Assembly: GCA_000165425.1 (NCBI GenBank) | Contig: CT868651.1 | Coordinates: 124,001 to 188,000, forward strand | DNA length: 64,000 nt | Direction: 5' to 3' | Source: Paramecium tetraurelia | Lineage: Eukaryota | Shown: piece by piece, positions 42,835-58,707 of the stretch | How the letters are laid out: every line of letters starts with the position of its first letter | Numbering within the stretch: the stretch's first letter is position 1 | Program-made: the position numbers and the translations under genes | The notes under the pieces: model-generated | Seen by the model: the letters and a program-made list of their open reading frames with translations, nothing else | Databases searched by the model: none | What the model was told of the DNA's origin: nothing

Positions 42835-43321
42835 CTAAAGAAATTAATTTATTTTATAATTTCATTCTATATATTATCTAATTTGCAGAACTACATTAAT
42901 ATGAGTTCTGATTTTTCGCTATACCAATACAAATATTTAAACATCTATGATTGATATGAATAGATAAATATGCAGATTTTATTTTAATTATCTTGAAAAT
43001 CATTTTTAAGAGATTTCAATAAAACAATTATCCATTTTTTGATAAATAAATTATTATTTACAACAACCATCTATCATCCTCACATATAATTCAATAAATA
43101 AGTCTTCCTATTTGCCATTCCAATTGCTACTTAACAATATTTTACAAGTAATATTAGAGTTATTATATAATATTTGAAGTGAATTAATTATAAATTATTT
43201 AAATTAATTTCAATCATAAATTGTACTAAACATCTTACTCACACTAAAAGTTTTAGGTGCATTTTTATAAAATGAATATATGAACTGATTCAATCAAAGT
43301 AATAAATGTATATAATACAAA

Positions 43322-45718
43322 ATGTTCCAAAATATTTAACTTAAAGCAAACTTCCATGAGATGAGATTGAACCCATCCAGACCAGTTTATCAATACAAAT
43401 TAGAAATTACAGATTCCTCACCTGAGAAAGTAAGTGAGGCACTAAAGAAATTTAGACCTTAACTCTAGACTTAATTGATCTTATTTATGAGCTTGAACTA
43501 AAACATTTATTCCCCAAAGCTTATCTAAGAAGCTGATAATGGATTAGTTTTAGGTTCGTTGAGTGGAAATGAGACAAATCAAGATACAGCAACTCTCAAA
43601 CTAGTAGGGAAGATTGAGAACAAAGCTGACTTAAATATCATTATCTCAAGACTTTTCAAATAAGTCATCAGAAGCTAAATGCAAATGGTTTCAGTTGGTA
43701 ACAAAGGATAGAAACTATTTTGGTCAAGCAGAGCATAGCAATTTAAAGATTAGAATTTAGAAGTAAGAAATAAATTAATCGATAGATTTGGCCAGGTGTA
43801 GAATGTATTTTTAGACCAGGAGAAGGTGGAGCTTAAAATCCAACTTTAGTCATCGATTGCGCATTCAAAATGCTTAGATATAGATCTGCCTTAGAAGAAT
43901 TGAATTAAACTAGAAATCCAGCTTGTATTCAAGATTAAATTGTGATGACTACTTACAATAAGAAGTTCTATAAGGTTGAGGCTGTTGATGTTAATCTTAA
44001 ACCAGCAAGCACATTTACTAATGAAAAAGGAGAAACTATTTCATTTGCTTAATATTATGAATAAAGATATAAAGTGAAAGTTGATGGAAATTAACCATTA
44101 ATCAGAGCAACTGTGAGGAGCAAATAAGATAAAACAGAAAAAACAATTCATTTAATCCCTTAATTATGTTAGTTAACAGGTTTAACTGATGCAATAAGAA
44201 ATGTACTTAATTTTCTAATAATCTTAGGATTTCAATGCCATGAAGAATTTAGCTGTTGTTACCAAACCAGGAGCTGACTAAAGAAATGAAGATGGCTTAA
44301 GAATTTGCTAATTAGTTAGCCAGCACTGAAATTGTTAACAAAGGATCAGGAACTAAGAGATAAATCTTCAAAGAGTGGGGAGTAGAAATTAATCCTGGAA
44401 GTATGGATGTACCTGCTAGAAGAATCCACCCAGGAAATATGTTAATGGGAAATGGGTTAAAATTAGATCTATCAAGTCCTTAAACAAATCTAGATAGATA
44501 AACTTAAACTTAAATGTTTTCAACTCCTCCTTAATAACTTATTTTGGGAATCATCTACAATAAAAAAACTGGACAATAAACTATGGATTCTTTGATGTAA
44601 AACTTTTAAGCCGCTTGTAATGACTTTAAGTTTTAAGCATTCATGGCTCCAAAGGTTTTCCCTATTGAATAGGATAGAGATGAGGATTTAGAAAGGGTTC
44701 TTGATGGCTTTTAAAAGTAAGCTGAAGCTAATAAAGCCAAAGTTGGATTCTTATTATTCCTTCTACCTGGGTAAAAAAAAAAGGCAAGATTGTATAAAAC
44801 AGCTAAGAAGATTTCAATGCAAAAGTTTGGTTGTGCATCTTAAGTGGTTGTTGAGAAAACTCTTGCCAAAAATACAAGGTCGATTGTTAATAAAATATTA
44901 ATTCAGCTAAATGCTAAAGTTGGAGGTACTCCTTGGGCAATTGATAGTTTGCCAACTACTTTTTAAAATCAACCTACTATGATTTGCGGAACCGATTGCT
45001 TTGTTAAAAGCGGAAGAAAAAACTAATTAGCTTTCTGTAGCACTGTTGATAGAAATTTAAGTAGATATTATTCTCAAGTTGTTACTTCTGGAGAATTCAG
45101 TTAGCATCTTTAACAAGTTTTCAAAGCATCACTTTTGGCCTTCAAAGAATAGAACGGAATATTTCCAAAGTTGATTATTATATATAGAGATGGGGTTGGA
45201 GATGGATAATAAGCAGTTGTTCTTGCTAATGAATTACCATAATATAAATAAGCCTTGGAAGAACTACAAATTACAGATACTAAAATTTCATTGGTTGTAT
45301 GCAATAAAAGAGTTTCAGCTAAATTCTATACTGGTGGAAATGCTAGACCTGATAATCCTTAACCAGGAACATGCGTTGATAACCCTAAAGTAGTTGAATA
45401 ATCAAATCCTAACTTTTATTTAATTTCACAAGTAACTAGGTAAGGAACTGTAACTCCTTCCTTATATAAAATAATTCATTCAGATTAAGCAGGTATATTA
45501 ATTTATTTATTCTAGGACTTGATGACGACATCAAAGTTTTGACATTCAAATTATGCTGGCTCTTCTATAATTTTACAGGCTCTATTAAAATCCCTGCTCC
45601 TGTCAGATATGCTCATTGTCTTTGCAACTTTATTGGAGATAACTATGATGACAGGGATTAAGTAAAGTTCCTCCCCTTACCAGACCTTGTTAAATAAAAA
45701 GTCCTATTTTATATTTGA
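43322..45718 (+). CDS. PTIWI01: Piwi-clade Argonaute (Ptiwi01/09-like); apparent 1-nt frameshift near 44284
   Basis: MFQNIQLKANFHEMRL; PAZ (ISFAQYYEQRY...QPLI...LIPQLCQLTGL); MID (QLNAKVGGTPW); PIWI with GTD, SGE, YRDGVGDG and PAPVRYAH (DEDH intact). The family call is firm; the paralog number is from memory (01 vs 09 not resolvable by eye). Confidence 0.93.
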
Positions 45719-46526
45719 TTTATCAGTTCATATCAATATACATAAAGTAAATCTAAAAAATTACATTTAATATTTATATCTTCAGCTTTATAAATTTTTG
45801 AAAGAATTGAAAATATTGATGATATAAAAGGTTTTGTAAACAAAGGAAAAAGCAACTTTTCATAAAGAATCTAATAATTAAGATTCTTTTATATTATAGG
45901 AAATAGTGATATAGATCTGTTGCATAAATAATTTTCAATAGTATTATTAGAATTAAATCGAAATAATTTAAGAATGAAAATTGATAATTTATCATTAAAA
46001 ACACCTAATAAAATATTCAATATATCTTTAAAGTAAATTCTTTCTACCAATAAATAATCCAAATTAGATCTGATTTTCATTGATTTTCAAAGCACTTACA
46101 ATACAATTATAAGGAAAAGGCTTTATGGAATCCTTAAAGAAAGGAAATACTGAGCTTAGAAGTGACTGATTTCCTAGAAAATTCATTAAATTACACATTA
46201 TAAGGACACTACCTAAAAGAATAGCAAGTACTGATTTAGTAATGGAGCTGTGTTGGGTTCTCCAATATCCCGACAACTTTTTAAGATATATCTAGACAAT
46301 TTTTATTCATGACCTTTAAAATAAAGTTGGTTAAAAGGAGTTCAAAAAATTTCTACCTAAGCAGACGATATTGTGTTGTTATTAAATATGTGCAATAATA
46401 AAAGATAGAATATTATAACAGTTAAATTAATTACTATTATAACAATTTATTTTGTTTGTATAAATACAATAATTAATTTATTATAAAATTAAACAATTTA
46501 TTATTAGTGTAGAAATAAACTGAAGA

Positions 46527-47540
46527 TCAAATATAAATCATTTTAATGATTAAAGTTTTTTCTTGATTCCAAATTATTAAAAAGTTTTCATCTTAAGTTA
46601 ATGTAGCTTTTATCGAAGAATAATAAGAGAATTTATTAATCAATGCAGACATATCTATTTCGATTGATTTTACGAACTCTAATTTTTACTATAGATTTAA
46701 TTTCATAACTCTAATGGTGTTATTTTTTTCAATAAGCAGTACCAATTTATTTTGCAAAAACTGGCAAAAGATCAAGGAACGACTCTGAATCTAAGAAGAA
46801 ACATATTCTATGTAGTCTTAAGATTAGTTTGATTTTTTATAAACATCAAGAGAAAATTCATTAAAAAAGAGTAGTTAATTTACAAATCCCCCCCATAATT
46901 TTCCTATTCCATTTCCGAAACGCATATTCTGTATTAAAATCCAATTAATTTCTTATTATTAGGTTTATTTCTGGTAAATATAAATATAAGCTGAGCAATT
47001 ATAGCCATCATCAGCATAAATTTACAACTCATCCTCTTAAAGATTTAAACACATTGAAATCACATAATCCCTATAACCTAATTAAATTTTTTGAGTTTAT
47101 TTCCACCCTTCGATATTCTTTTCAATAAACAGGACTTAATTATCAGAACTTATAAATAGGTTGTTTTAATTTTAATTAAATAACATCTATTAACAACCAC
47201 TATATAAACGATGGCCAATCTTCTATAAAATTTTTCTTGACTTTAAACAACTAAGATTAGCAATTAGGATGTTATTTCTAATTGTTGTTAAAATTGAGTT
47301 TGAACCTTTTAAGTATTCAAGTTATTCTAGATGATCTTTGCCTTTTCTTAGCACTTTAATACTAGAAATGTGTTTTAGATAATTGTTTTTAAAGTAATAA
47401 GAATTGATGATATTCTGTTAAATTGCTAATAAAATTGTGGAATTAGAATTGAAGGCTATGTATTCTAAACTATTAAGAACATTCTAATTTGATAAGTTGT
47501 ATAATTAACAGTTGATCTTCTCTTCATTAATTTCATTCAT
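46527..47540 (-). CDS. Divergent WD40/beta-propeller-like protein
   Basis: MNEINEEKINCQLYNL...YIAFNSNSTILLAIQQNIINSYYF...; short beta-strand repeats typical of ciliate WD40 expansions; frame not checked throughout. Confidence 0.5.
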
Positions 47541-48424
47541 TTAAATTTTTCAATCTATTATAATATATATTAAAATTAGACTCTATTTTAAATAGCAGTT
47601 TAATTGTACAATTATTCGTTTATCTAATTTTTATATTCTTAACAAACTAAATTACCTTTTTGATTTATTAATGAAATTCAAAGAAATTTAATACTTGTTA
47701 TAAACATGACAGATAACACAATTAAAACCTTAACTATATTGAAACAATTTTCTTGACTCACTTGAAGATCAAAAATAAATTTCTAATTATTATTATGCTT
47801 AACACTTTTCTTGTAGATAATATTGGATAAGTACATAGCATTTATAATTACAGGTATAAGGTATAACCAATTGCTCCAATATGGAAGGAATTACAAACTT
47901 GAAAATAATCTATGATGTTAATATACCCAAACTTGTTAACTAAATATGGCTTAAAATAGAGTAGAAGATATTCTCTAATGAAATAAATTAGGATGGTATT
48001 CTTAGAGCCAATATTATGTTCAATGAAAGAGAGAAATTGCCTTTTAAATTGAGGTGAAAAGATAAAGTGAGTTTATTTTTATGTTGTTCTAGACCCAGAA
48101 TAATCTCTAGATCTCTGCAGATAGGAGATAATTAACCAAAATTGAATAAGACTTTCTTATGTGATTTGAAAGTAAATCCTTAGGTTTGTTAGTATTCTAA
48201 AGAGATGAAATAATGGATGAGATAGATAATAATAAACCAATAAGTAAAACTAATTCTCTAATTAAATTGGATCCTTTACCTTCAACAAGGGGCAAATTGA
48301 ATAATGAAGCATTTGAAAAAATGAAGTTTGTTGGGATTCGACTAAATTTAAGTGCTCATTTATTATTGATTTTACTTTAATATCATCATGAAAATTAATT
48401 TAAAATAACTATTATACATAAAAC

Positions 48425-50425
48425 ATGAACCTATTTGCAGAATTCGTTAATCTTCACTATTCCCCTTCGGCTGAACAATAAAAACTTTTAGATGAATTTA
48501 ATATTGAGAACTTAACTAAACCTATTAATGAACAAGTCAATCCATCCAAATTTAAAGAGTTACAAGATTACTATTTAGATTCCTTCAACAGCACTTAGCC
48601 ACCTAAAATTAAAGACACTCTCAACAGATTTCATCTTCCAATATCAGATTGGGTCGATCAACCTCTTTTTTTGTGGGAAATTCCTCAAGATGTCATGGAC
48701 CAATTAAATAGAGGATACTTTAGATTATAAAATATAAAACTCAATCATGGCTCAGAATCCATTATAGTAACTCAATAACTAAAACCATCCCAAGACAATA
48801 TAGAAAAATCATCTTTTTCAATGACTTTATCAAAATACCTTGACTATATCAGAGATGCAAGTGATTTCTTTCGCAAAAATAAACAATACAATGCTCATAA
48901 ATTGCTTTCCTTATTTGACCTATAAATTGAGGGTTGGGAAGAAGAGGCAAATAAATTATATGAATATTTGCCCTAATGTTTTTTGAAGGAGGATGGCTTG
49001 AGCTTTTTAAGATCAAAGATTAAAAATGTCAATTAGCTCTCCCTCAATATCATGACTCAAGGAAGTTGGAAAGGGGCAAAGCAAGAACCTGGAGCAGTTA
49101 ATCTACTTAACTTAAATAATGGACCTGGAGATTGTTTATGGATAGTTATTAATCCAGAACACATGGAAAAGTTGTTCTAAAATGAAAAGCATTTTATTAA
49201 TTAAGAAGGTAATTATTACTTGAAAAGAGAAATTCTAAAAAAACATGGGATCCCTTATAAAAGATTCATTTAAAAACCTGGCGATCTAATTATTTTAGGA
49301 GCTGGATCCTTCTATCAAATTGAATGTTTATCTACAACAATCACTACTGGATGGAGTTTCTTGGCTATGAATTCATATTCATATCAACAAATGATGAGGA
49401 GATAGTAGATCAACATCAAATATTAAATATAGTCTATTCTTCCTCTAAAAAATCTATTTTTGGATATTTTCATTCATCATCAGAACGAATAATTGAGAAT
49501 CTACCTAAAGGAGTTTCTGTCTTAAGAACTTGGGCTAATAAGTGATTTGCAGAAATAGAAGAAGATTTAGTCGCTAACTACAAATTATTCAATGAGACAA
49601 CATTGCTTTTGTGAAGAATGTAAAGAAGAAGTATTTCTGTGTTGTTATTAAAATTAACAAAAAGTAGTATGTTTAAAATGTGACAAAGTTAAATACTATT
49701 AGGTTTAATGTAAGTACAATACTAATATTCTATAACTTATTTTATCCTCTTAAGATCATCTAAATTGTTCCTACCACTATTGTTCTTAATCTGAGCCATA
49801 AAACCCTAAATGCACAGCCAAATTTAAATAATAAAAATAGTAAAACATCACAAGTCCTTAATCAGTTGAAGAGAGTTCTACTTCTAATATTGAAAATGTA
49901 CTTAGATTTAAGAGTTATATAAAAGAAGAGGAAAAAGAATCTAATTAATATTAATAAAAATAGGTTAAAAAATAAGGTAGAAAGCAAAATTAAGAGTAAA
50001 AAAACGAAGTTAAAATAGAATAAGTAGATCCAATAAAAGAATTTAATCATAATAAACCTAAGATTAATAAAGCAAAGGAGGTCTTTGAATCTAAATAAAA
50101 ATAGAATCAAAAGCCAGGGAGTGTGGTCGATGATTAAAATAAAGTGATTTAAATTGTTAACGAACCTCCGAATCTTAAAACTTATGCAATAACAACAAGA
50201 AAAAGATTGTCATTATTAGAGATTAAAAGAGATTAAGAAATCAAAAACAAGAAATAATTGACATCTAAACCTATAAGAAAATCAGAAAAGCAAAAACATA
50301 AATTTACCTCTATTTATTAAAAAGTTAGATTGTCAGAAGAAGAGATGAATGAGATTTTAGGTCTCTAAACTTAGCAAACACAGGAAAGGATTTACAAGAA
50401 AGGAGAAAAAATGTTAACACTTTGA
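48425..50425 (+). CDS. KDM6/UTX-like JmjC-domain protein with Zn-binding domain, predicted catalytically inactive
   Basis: IKNVNQLSLNIMTQGSWKGAKQEPGAVNLLNLNNGPGDCLWIVI ... GIPYKRFIQKPGDLIILGAGSFYQIEC...GWSF; then HCFCEECKEEVF...VCLKC; K/Q-rich tail. Confidence 0.85.
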
Positions 50426-50541
50426 AAACATTGATTAATATTTTACAACCATTTTTTTTGAATAAAACTATATTGTAATATTTTCAAGAGGTATTTAATT
50501 TTATTGAATACTTAAAGAGATGATATTAATACAAACTATTC

Positions 50542-52901
50542 TCATGTATTTTAAAAATTTAGTAAATTTGAAGATTATGAATGGATTGCATGTTACGACA
50601 AGTGCCTCAAAAACTTTGGTTTTTCCTTTTTTGTATAAAATGATGATTTTCTTGACTTTTACTCTTGAATCTAATAGTTTGAATTCAACTATTGCTGATC
50701 GTTCGGGTTCAATTTCAAATTCGACAGCAATATACTTTAATCTGAAGGTTATTACTTAGTAAATCCTGTATAATCTGATATAACTCGCTTCCTCTTATTC
50801 TCCGCATCATTAATTTCTATTGTTTTAATTATACTGGATGTCATTCTAGCTTATCTATTATATCAAATTATGTAGAATTTACATTGTTGATTGATCATTT
50901 TCTATTAATGAGATATTGAATGGGTTTGAAAATATGCTTTGCTTTCTAAATCTTGATCTCCAATCAGTTTATTTAAACTATTAAACAAAACCAAGACTTG
51001 CTTAAAACCTTTCCTGTTTCTCCTATTGTTCTACTACTTCTTTCTTTGAGTTCAACTCTTTTTTTGCACCTAAACTTAACTCTTATTTACACTTACTGCA
51101 TCCTAAATTAGATCCTAAACTAATTAAAATCCATATTTAATACTTAAAGAGTTAGTTGGCAAATTAAGAATTGCTCTCATCTTACAAACCATTTTAAGCA
51201 ATTTTCCCTCTATAATAGAAAGTTAAATTTTCAACTTTATTCTAAACTTAATCTAACGAATCCAATAATTGTAGAAACTCTTATAGGTTGATTTTGTTAT
51301 TGACTAGATTGTTATATTTGATCTCTAGAATAAGTTTTGCACAGTCTGAATTACCCTTCATTGCTCCCTATTCTAATATCAATTCTGCCATAATTTAATT
51401 AGGTTGCAAATCATCCTTTATACCTTCAATTAAGAGTTTGGCCATATCATAATAAGCAGGCAAGTACTCGTTATTCTTAGCCTCTAATAATAGTTAGTGT
51501 ACGAATTATATCCTATTCTATTAAACATCGAAAATTAATTATACTTTATAAATTGAAATTTTAAACATCTTTTAATAGAGCTTAGCTAATTTAAACTTGG
51601 CTTCTACACTTTCTTATTTGCTAGCCTCTTTGAAATAAATTTCAGATGTCGAATAATCACTATCCAGGGTGACTTTGAATATTTTATCTATATACAATCA
51701 TCTAATTTGTATCCTTAAGAATAAAGATCTCCTAAATAAATCATTGATTCCACATTTCCTGCTTCCGAAGCTATTTTCAGCATAGAAATTGCGAATTGGC
51801 ATTCCTCGATCCTAGAATTGTTTGTATTATTGAATTTACTACTAGATTTTTAGGCTTCTCCAAATATCTTATTCTGGACTTTGCCTTCCTAATATAGTTT
51901 ACCTAATATGGTTACTAATATTAATTTTGACATAAAGTAGATCCCAATCGGACAGTTTTAGTCAGCACTCTCTGAAAAGTATTCATAGGCCTATTTAAAT
52001 AGTCAGGTATATACTGTTACCTTCTCATAGTTCTGCTCACATATTTAACCTTCCAAGATTAATTATCCCAAAATGGCATTAGCTAAAGGGTTGCCTGATC
52101 TGGCTAATTCTTCAAATAATTAAATCGATTATAATTAGTTCTTTTAAAGTCCCAATCCACAATACTGCTACAAAGCTTTAAGGATAGTCTTTTAATGGAG
52201 ACATTAGGTTTGGATGATTTTTTATTGTTCTAAAATAAGTGAGGTACCTTTAGAGGATGGAGTTTTATTTCGTTCTTAAATTAGAATCAACTTCCAAAGC
52301 TCAATTTTATTTACTAGATCTGTTTCCTTTGCCAATGATTCCCTTGAGATTTTTGGGATTTGTTAGTTTTCTAATAAAATTAGGCTTTCCCAGAAATATG
52401 TTTATTATTGCAATTTTCTTACATATTAATCAAATTATTTTAAAAGTATCATTTTACCACAAGATTTGGAGGAGAGAAGTAATTAAAATAAATCTTATAA
52501 ATCCTGTAATTATCTAGTAGTATCTCTTTCGATATTCCAAATTGTTTGATTAATAAAAACTTGAATTTTTCCATTCTCTTATATTTCTTATACTATTTTA
52601 TATAATTTAGTCAGAGTTGTAAGAGTTATTTCTTTGTCATAAGGTTTTAAAAAATCTGACTGGTTGGTCAAATTTAACAGTGAACCTATGATCGATAATA
52701 TAAATGTGTACTTATCACATTAGTAGTCACCTAGTCCTTAAATACATTTTTCTATGCTTTGGAGTCTTAAAAATAATTTGGAATTACTTTCTCCAAATAT
52801 TTCTGAAATTCTGATATACAATCATCTAAAATAATTGATTAAGTGTGATTCACAATGCTATTCTACAAACTAGGTATTATTTACTCAATTCCTAAATTCA
52901 T
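50542..52901 (-). CDS. Sel1-like repeat protein
   Basis: YCGLGLQKNYQQSIQLFEELARSGNPLANAILGQLILEG; SMLKIASEAGNVESMIYLG; AKFKLAKLY. Confidence 0.75.
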
Positions 52902-53038
52902 ATTATAATTTTTAATATTAATTTATAAAAGTTAAAATGGAGTGGTCTCATATTTGGAATGTATTAATGAAAGAAACTTGACTGATTTAAATCGTGATTA
53001 GCAAAAACGAAAATTATATTGTATTTAATTCAATTATG

Positions 53039-53593
53039 TCAATCTTATTCGATTGATTACCTTTCTTAGTTTAACTAATTTTACTAATTTAACAAAAATT
53101 GAGTTTTAAATTACTACAATTAAATAAATTGTACATCCAAGTATCCTGGAGGAAATTTAATGTTGATATTCAAATCAGTTATTGTTTCTCCATTTTGTTG
53201 TGCTTCAATGATCATTTTCTAGATGAAATCAATAAATAACAGATTTTACAGCAAATTTTTCTCTGTCTGTTTTGTTTCCTCCATCATGTTTCAACTTGAT
53301 ATGTAAATTTAAAGAAACATCACTCCCATACTACTTATTACATTTCTCATATGGACAAATAAAAGATTTCTCGATCTCTTAAGAGGTACGTCTGTTTTTC
53401 TTTTTTTGTCGATAACTTAAAGCTTGATGCAATTCTTGTTGCAATTTCTAGGTATTACCATAAATATTTACATCGATTTCAGCTATCAAATCATGTAATT
53501 TTTAATTTTATGTGTGCAATTCGTTCACTTTTTTTATAGTCATTTCATTTAGTAGATAATATCTCCAGAATTCCTTGTAGTAATTGATGTCAT
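53039..53593 (-). CDS. C2H2 zinc-finger protein
   Basis: KNRRTSQEIEKSFICPYEKCNKQYGSDVSLNLHIKLKHDGG; NFPPGYLD; two putative tiny introns. Confidence 0.85.
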
Positions 53594-53966
53594 TATTATA
53601 TTCTAATTTTGAATAAAATATTCTCATACCTTAATTTTGATCTTTATTTTGAAGTAATAATTCAGCAGATTAATCATCAAGGGACGATTTCAACTCTTAC
53701 GAATGTTTCAATTTTCTATTCAATTCATCATCCACTATATTCCAATCCCTCGACTTATTCATTAACTGTAATATATATATTAATATAATTAAATCAATTA
53801 TTAAAAAATAGGAGAGAATGTTATATTCACCATATTGTTATGTTAGTATGATCCTTGAATAGGGAGACTCCACTAATTGCATTAAGAATGATAAACACTT
53901 TTACATATAATTATTGTCAAATATTTGATTATATTATTATTATTATTATTATTTTCATAAACACGT

Positions 53967-54293
53967 ATGGCAATATTATTTGAAATATTGTTGTTGATTG
54001 GATTTGCAGGAGCAAGTTTTTATATTGGGTATAGGTATTCGATTGATTTTCAACCAAAAGTTGATACACCATACAATCCAGTCGATGATATTGAATCATC
54101 AAAAGGGAGAACAGGGACAATTACCAAAAATCAGTATTAAGCAAGACAAAAGGAACTTGATAAAGTGTTATAATAAATAGAAGAGGCTAAATAAAAAGAA
54201 AAAAAGAAGTTAGTTGAAATAGATTTACTCAGAGCAAAATCAAAGGACAAGGTGCTTTCAGATTAAGAATTTAATAATTTGCTAGATGAATGA
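53967..54293 (+). CDS. Small single-pass membrane protein (108 aa)
   Basis: MAILFEILLLIGFAGASFYIGYRYS...coiled-coil tail...NNLLDE*; intronless, 327 nt. Confidence 0.7.
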
Positions 54294-54368
54294 TATATGT
54301 TATTGCATTAACACAATAATTTGTTTTAAACTCTATCTTCCTTATGATCTGATTTATATTTTAATAAA

Positions 54369-55105
54369 ATGCTAATTAGTTAACATGGATATTATAAAGT
54401 CTATTCTTTTTTGATGATCTCAGTCTTTCCACAGAAAGAGACAGCAGAAATTGTGGATTAGCTTATACAATATCAAAATTACAAGTTAAATTTGAGGTTG
54501 TTGGTTCATGACAATTCTAGGGTTTTAAAACAAGAAATAAAGTCTGAATCAAATTTATTAAGAGTGTTGCTTAACCAAAATCTGTTATAAAGTTGAAATG
54601 CGACTGATTTTATATTGCAGTAAAGTCTGAACATCATAAGAGACTTTAATAAACTTGCAAGGAAATTGTGAGGGACTACAATTATAAATATTTAATAGGC
54701 ATTAGAGTAACCTTTACAAAAAATGGAGATGTTAGGCTAAATCCATCACATTAATGATGAATTAATTGTTGTTTTCATTTTTGTTAATTATATCATTATA
54801 TTTTTTAATATATTAATATAAAACAGAATGGATCAATCAGAACATGAAGCTAAGGAAATGCTAAAGCCATATTTAACTTAGTTGGTTTAATTAGAGGAAG
54901 CAGATAGATTGAAGTAAGCACAGATAACTGCATTACGTTTAGCAATTGAATAATTGAAATAATAAGCATTAGATCATCAAAGGAAGTATGAAGAAGAGTA
55001 AAAGAAAGATGGTATTAGAATGAGTAATTATGAATATAGGAAAAAAGAAGGGACCTGTAAAGAAATGAATTATTTTAGACATTTAAACGTATTGCAATAT
55101 TAAAT
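54369..55105 (+). pseudogene. Possible decayed gene
   Basis: Coding-like frame from ATG 54369 is interrupted by two in-frame TGA (~54594, ~54668); a coiled-coil-like segment follows from 54828. Confidence 0.35.
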
Positions 55106-55163
55106 TATTATTTAAAAGGAGATATCTAATTATATGATAACTTTTCTTATATATATATACTAA

Positions 55164-57745
<2,582 letters not shown>

Positions 57746-57846
57746 TCCTAAACTTTTAAAAATAAATATTAATATTTCACATTAGGATGATTTGTTTAAA
57801 TACAATTATTTTAATATTCCAGATAAATTTGGAATTTAATATTATC

Positions 57847-58678
57847 ATGTCATTTTAACGAATTATGAGCAAATCTCCATTACGGACTCAATCTCATTCG
57901 ACAGCCACTTTCCTACAGGATGAATAGAAATATTCCACTTCCAAACACAATAGCATTCATCCAACTCTTCAACCACAAATCTATAACCAATTTGAAGAAT
58001 TGAGAATATTCAAATCCAAATGTCAAGAATAAGACAAAATCATTGAAAATCAATATTTACAAATCAATGAAATGAAGTATATATATCATCTTTTATGTAG
58101 ACAATTCATTTCCGATTGTCAAATCAGTTTGATTCATTTTAAATAATAATTGGAAGATTAATTGTCTATCAAAGAAAACTACGATAAAGAACTTAGACAA
58201 CTCAATCAATTGGTATCCTCCTTAAAAGCAGAGAACCAACAATTAATGTTGTTGTACAATGACAAGAAAAAAGAATTAGATGAACTTACTTCCAATAATT
58301 AACTTATTATTAATGACTTTAACAAGCAATTCGAAAACACTCTCAAAGCTCGCATTGAAAATGATATCAAAGAGATCCACAACAAATACCTAAGGGTATG
58401 AGTCTTAGTCAAGCCTATAGGAAATCCAACTGCTCAAGGCAAAACTCTACGAATAAGAAAAACTAGTTCAAAACTAAGAAGTCATTCGATTATTGCAAAA
58501 GAAATGCGAAGAACTATTGCAAGGAATCGACTAAAAAAATAATTATATCGATGATCTTCTTCTTAAATATGGAGAATTGGATGAAAGATATGAAACACTC
58601 AAAAAGCAAATGTCCCTCAAACTTTATGAGGAAGACTTCTTAGATGATCTATCGAAATCTAAATTAAAAAAAAGTTGA
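57847..58678 (+). CDS. Hypothetical coiled-coil protein
   Basis: MSFQRIMSKSPLRTQSHS...EELRIFKSKCQEQDKIIENQ; two tiny introns; TGA 58676-58678. Confidence 0.7.
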
Positions 58679-58707
58679 CTATCATTTATTATTAATAATT
58701 TTCAATG

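Noticed and set aside
53927..53954. (ATT)n microsatellite, plus (AT)n runs near 10170 and 31945
   Set aside because: Ordinary simple repeats in AT-rich intergenic DNA.
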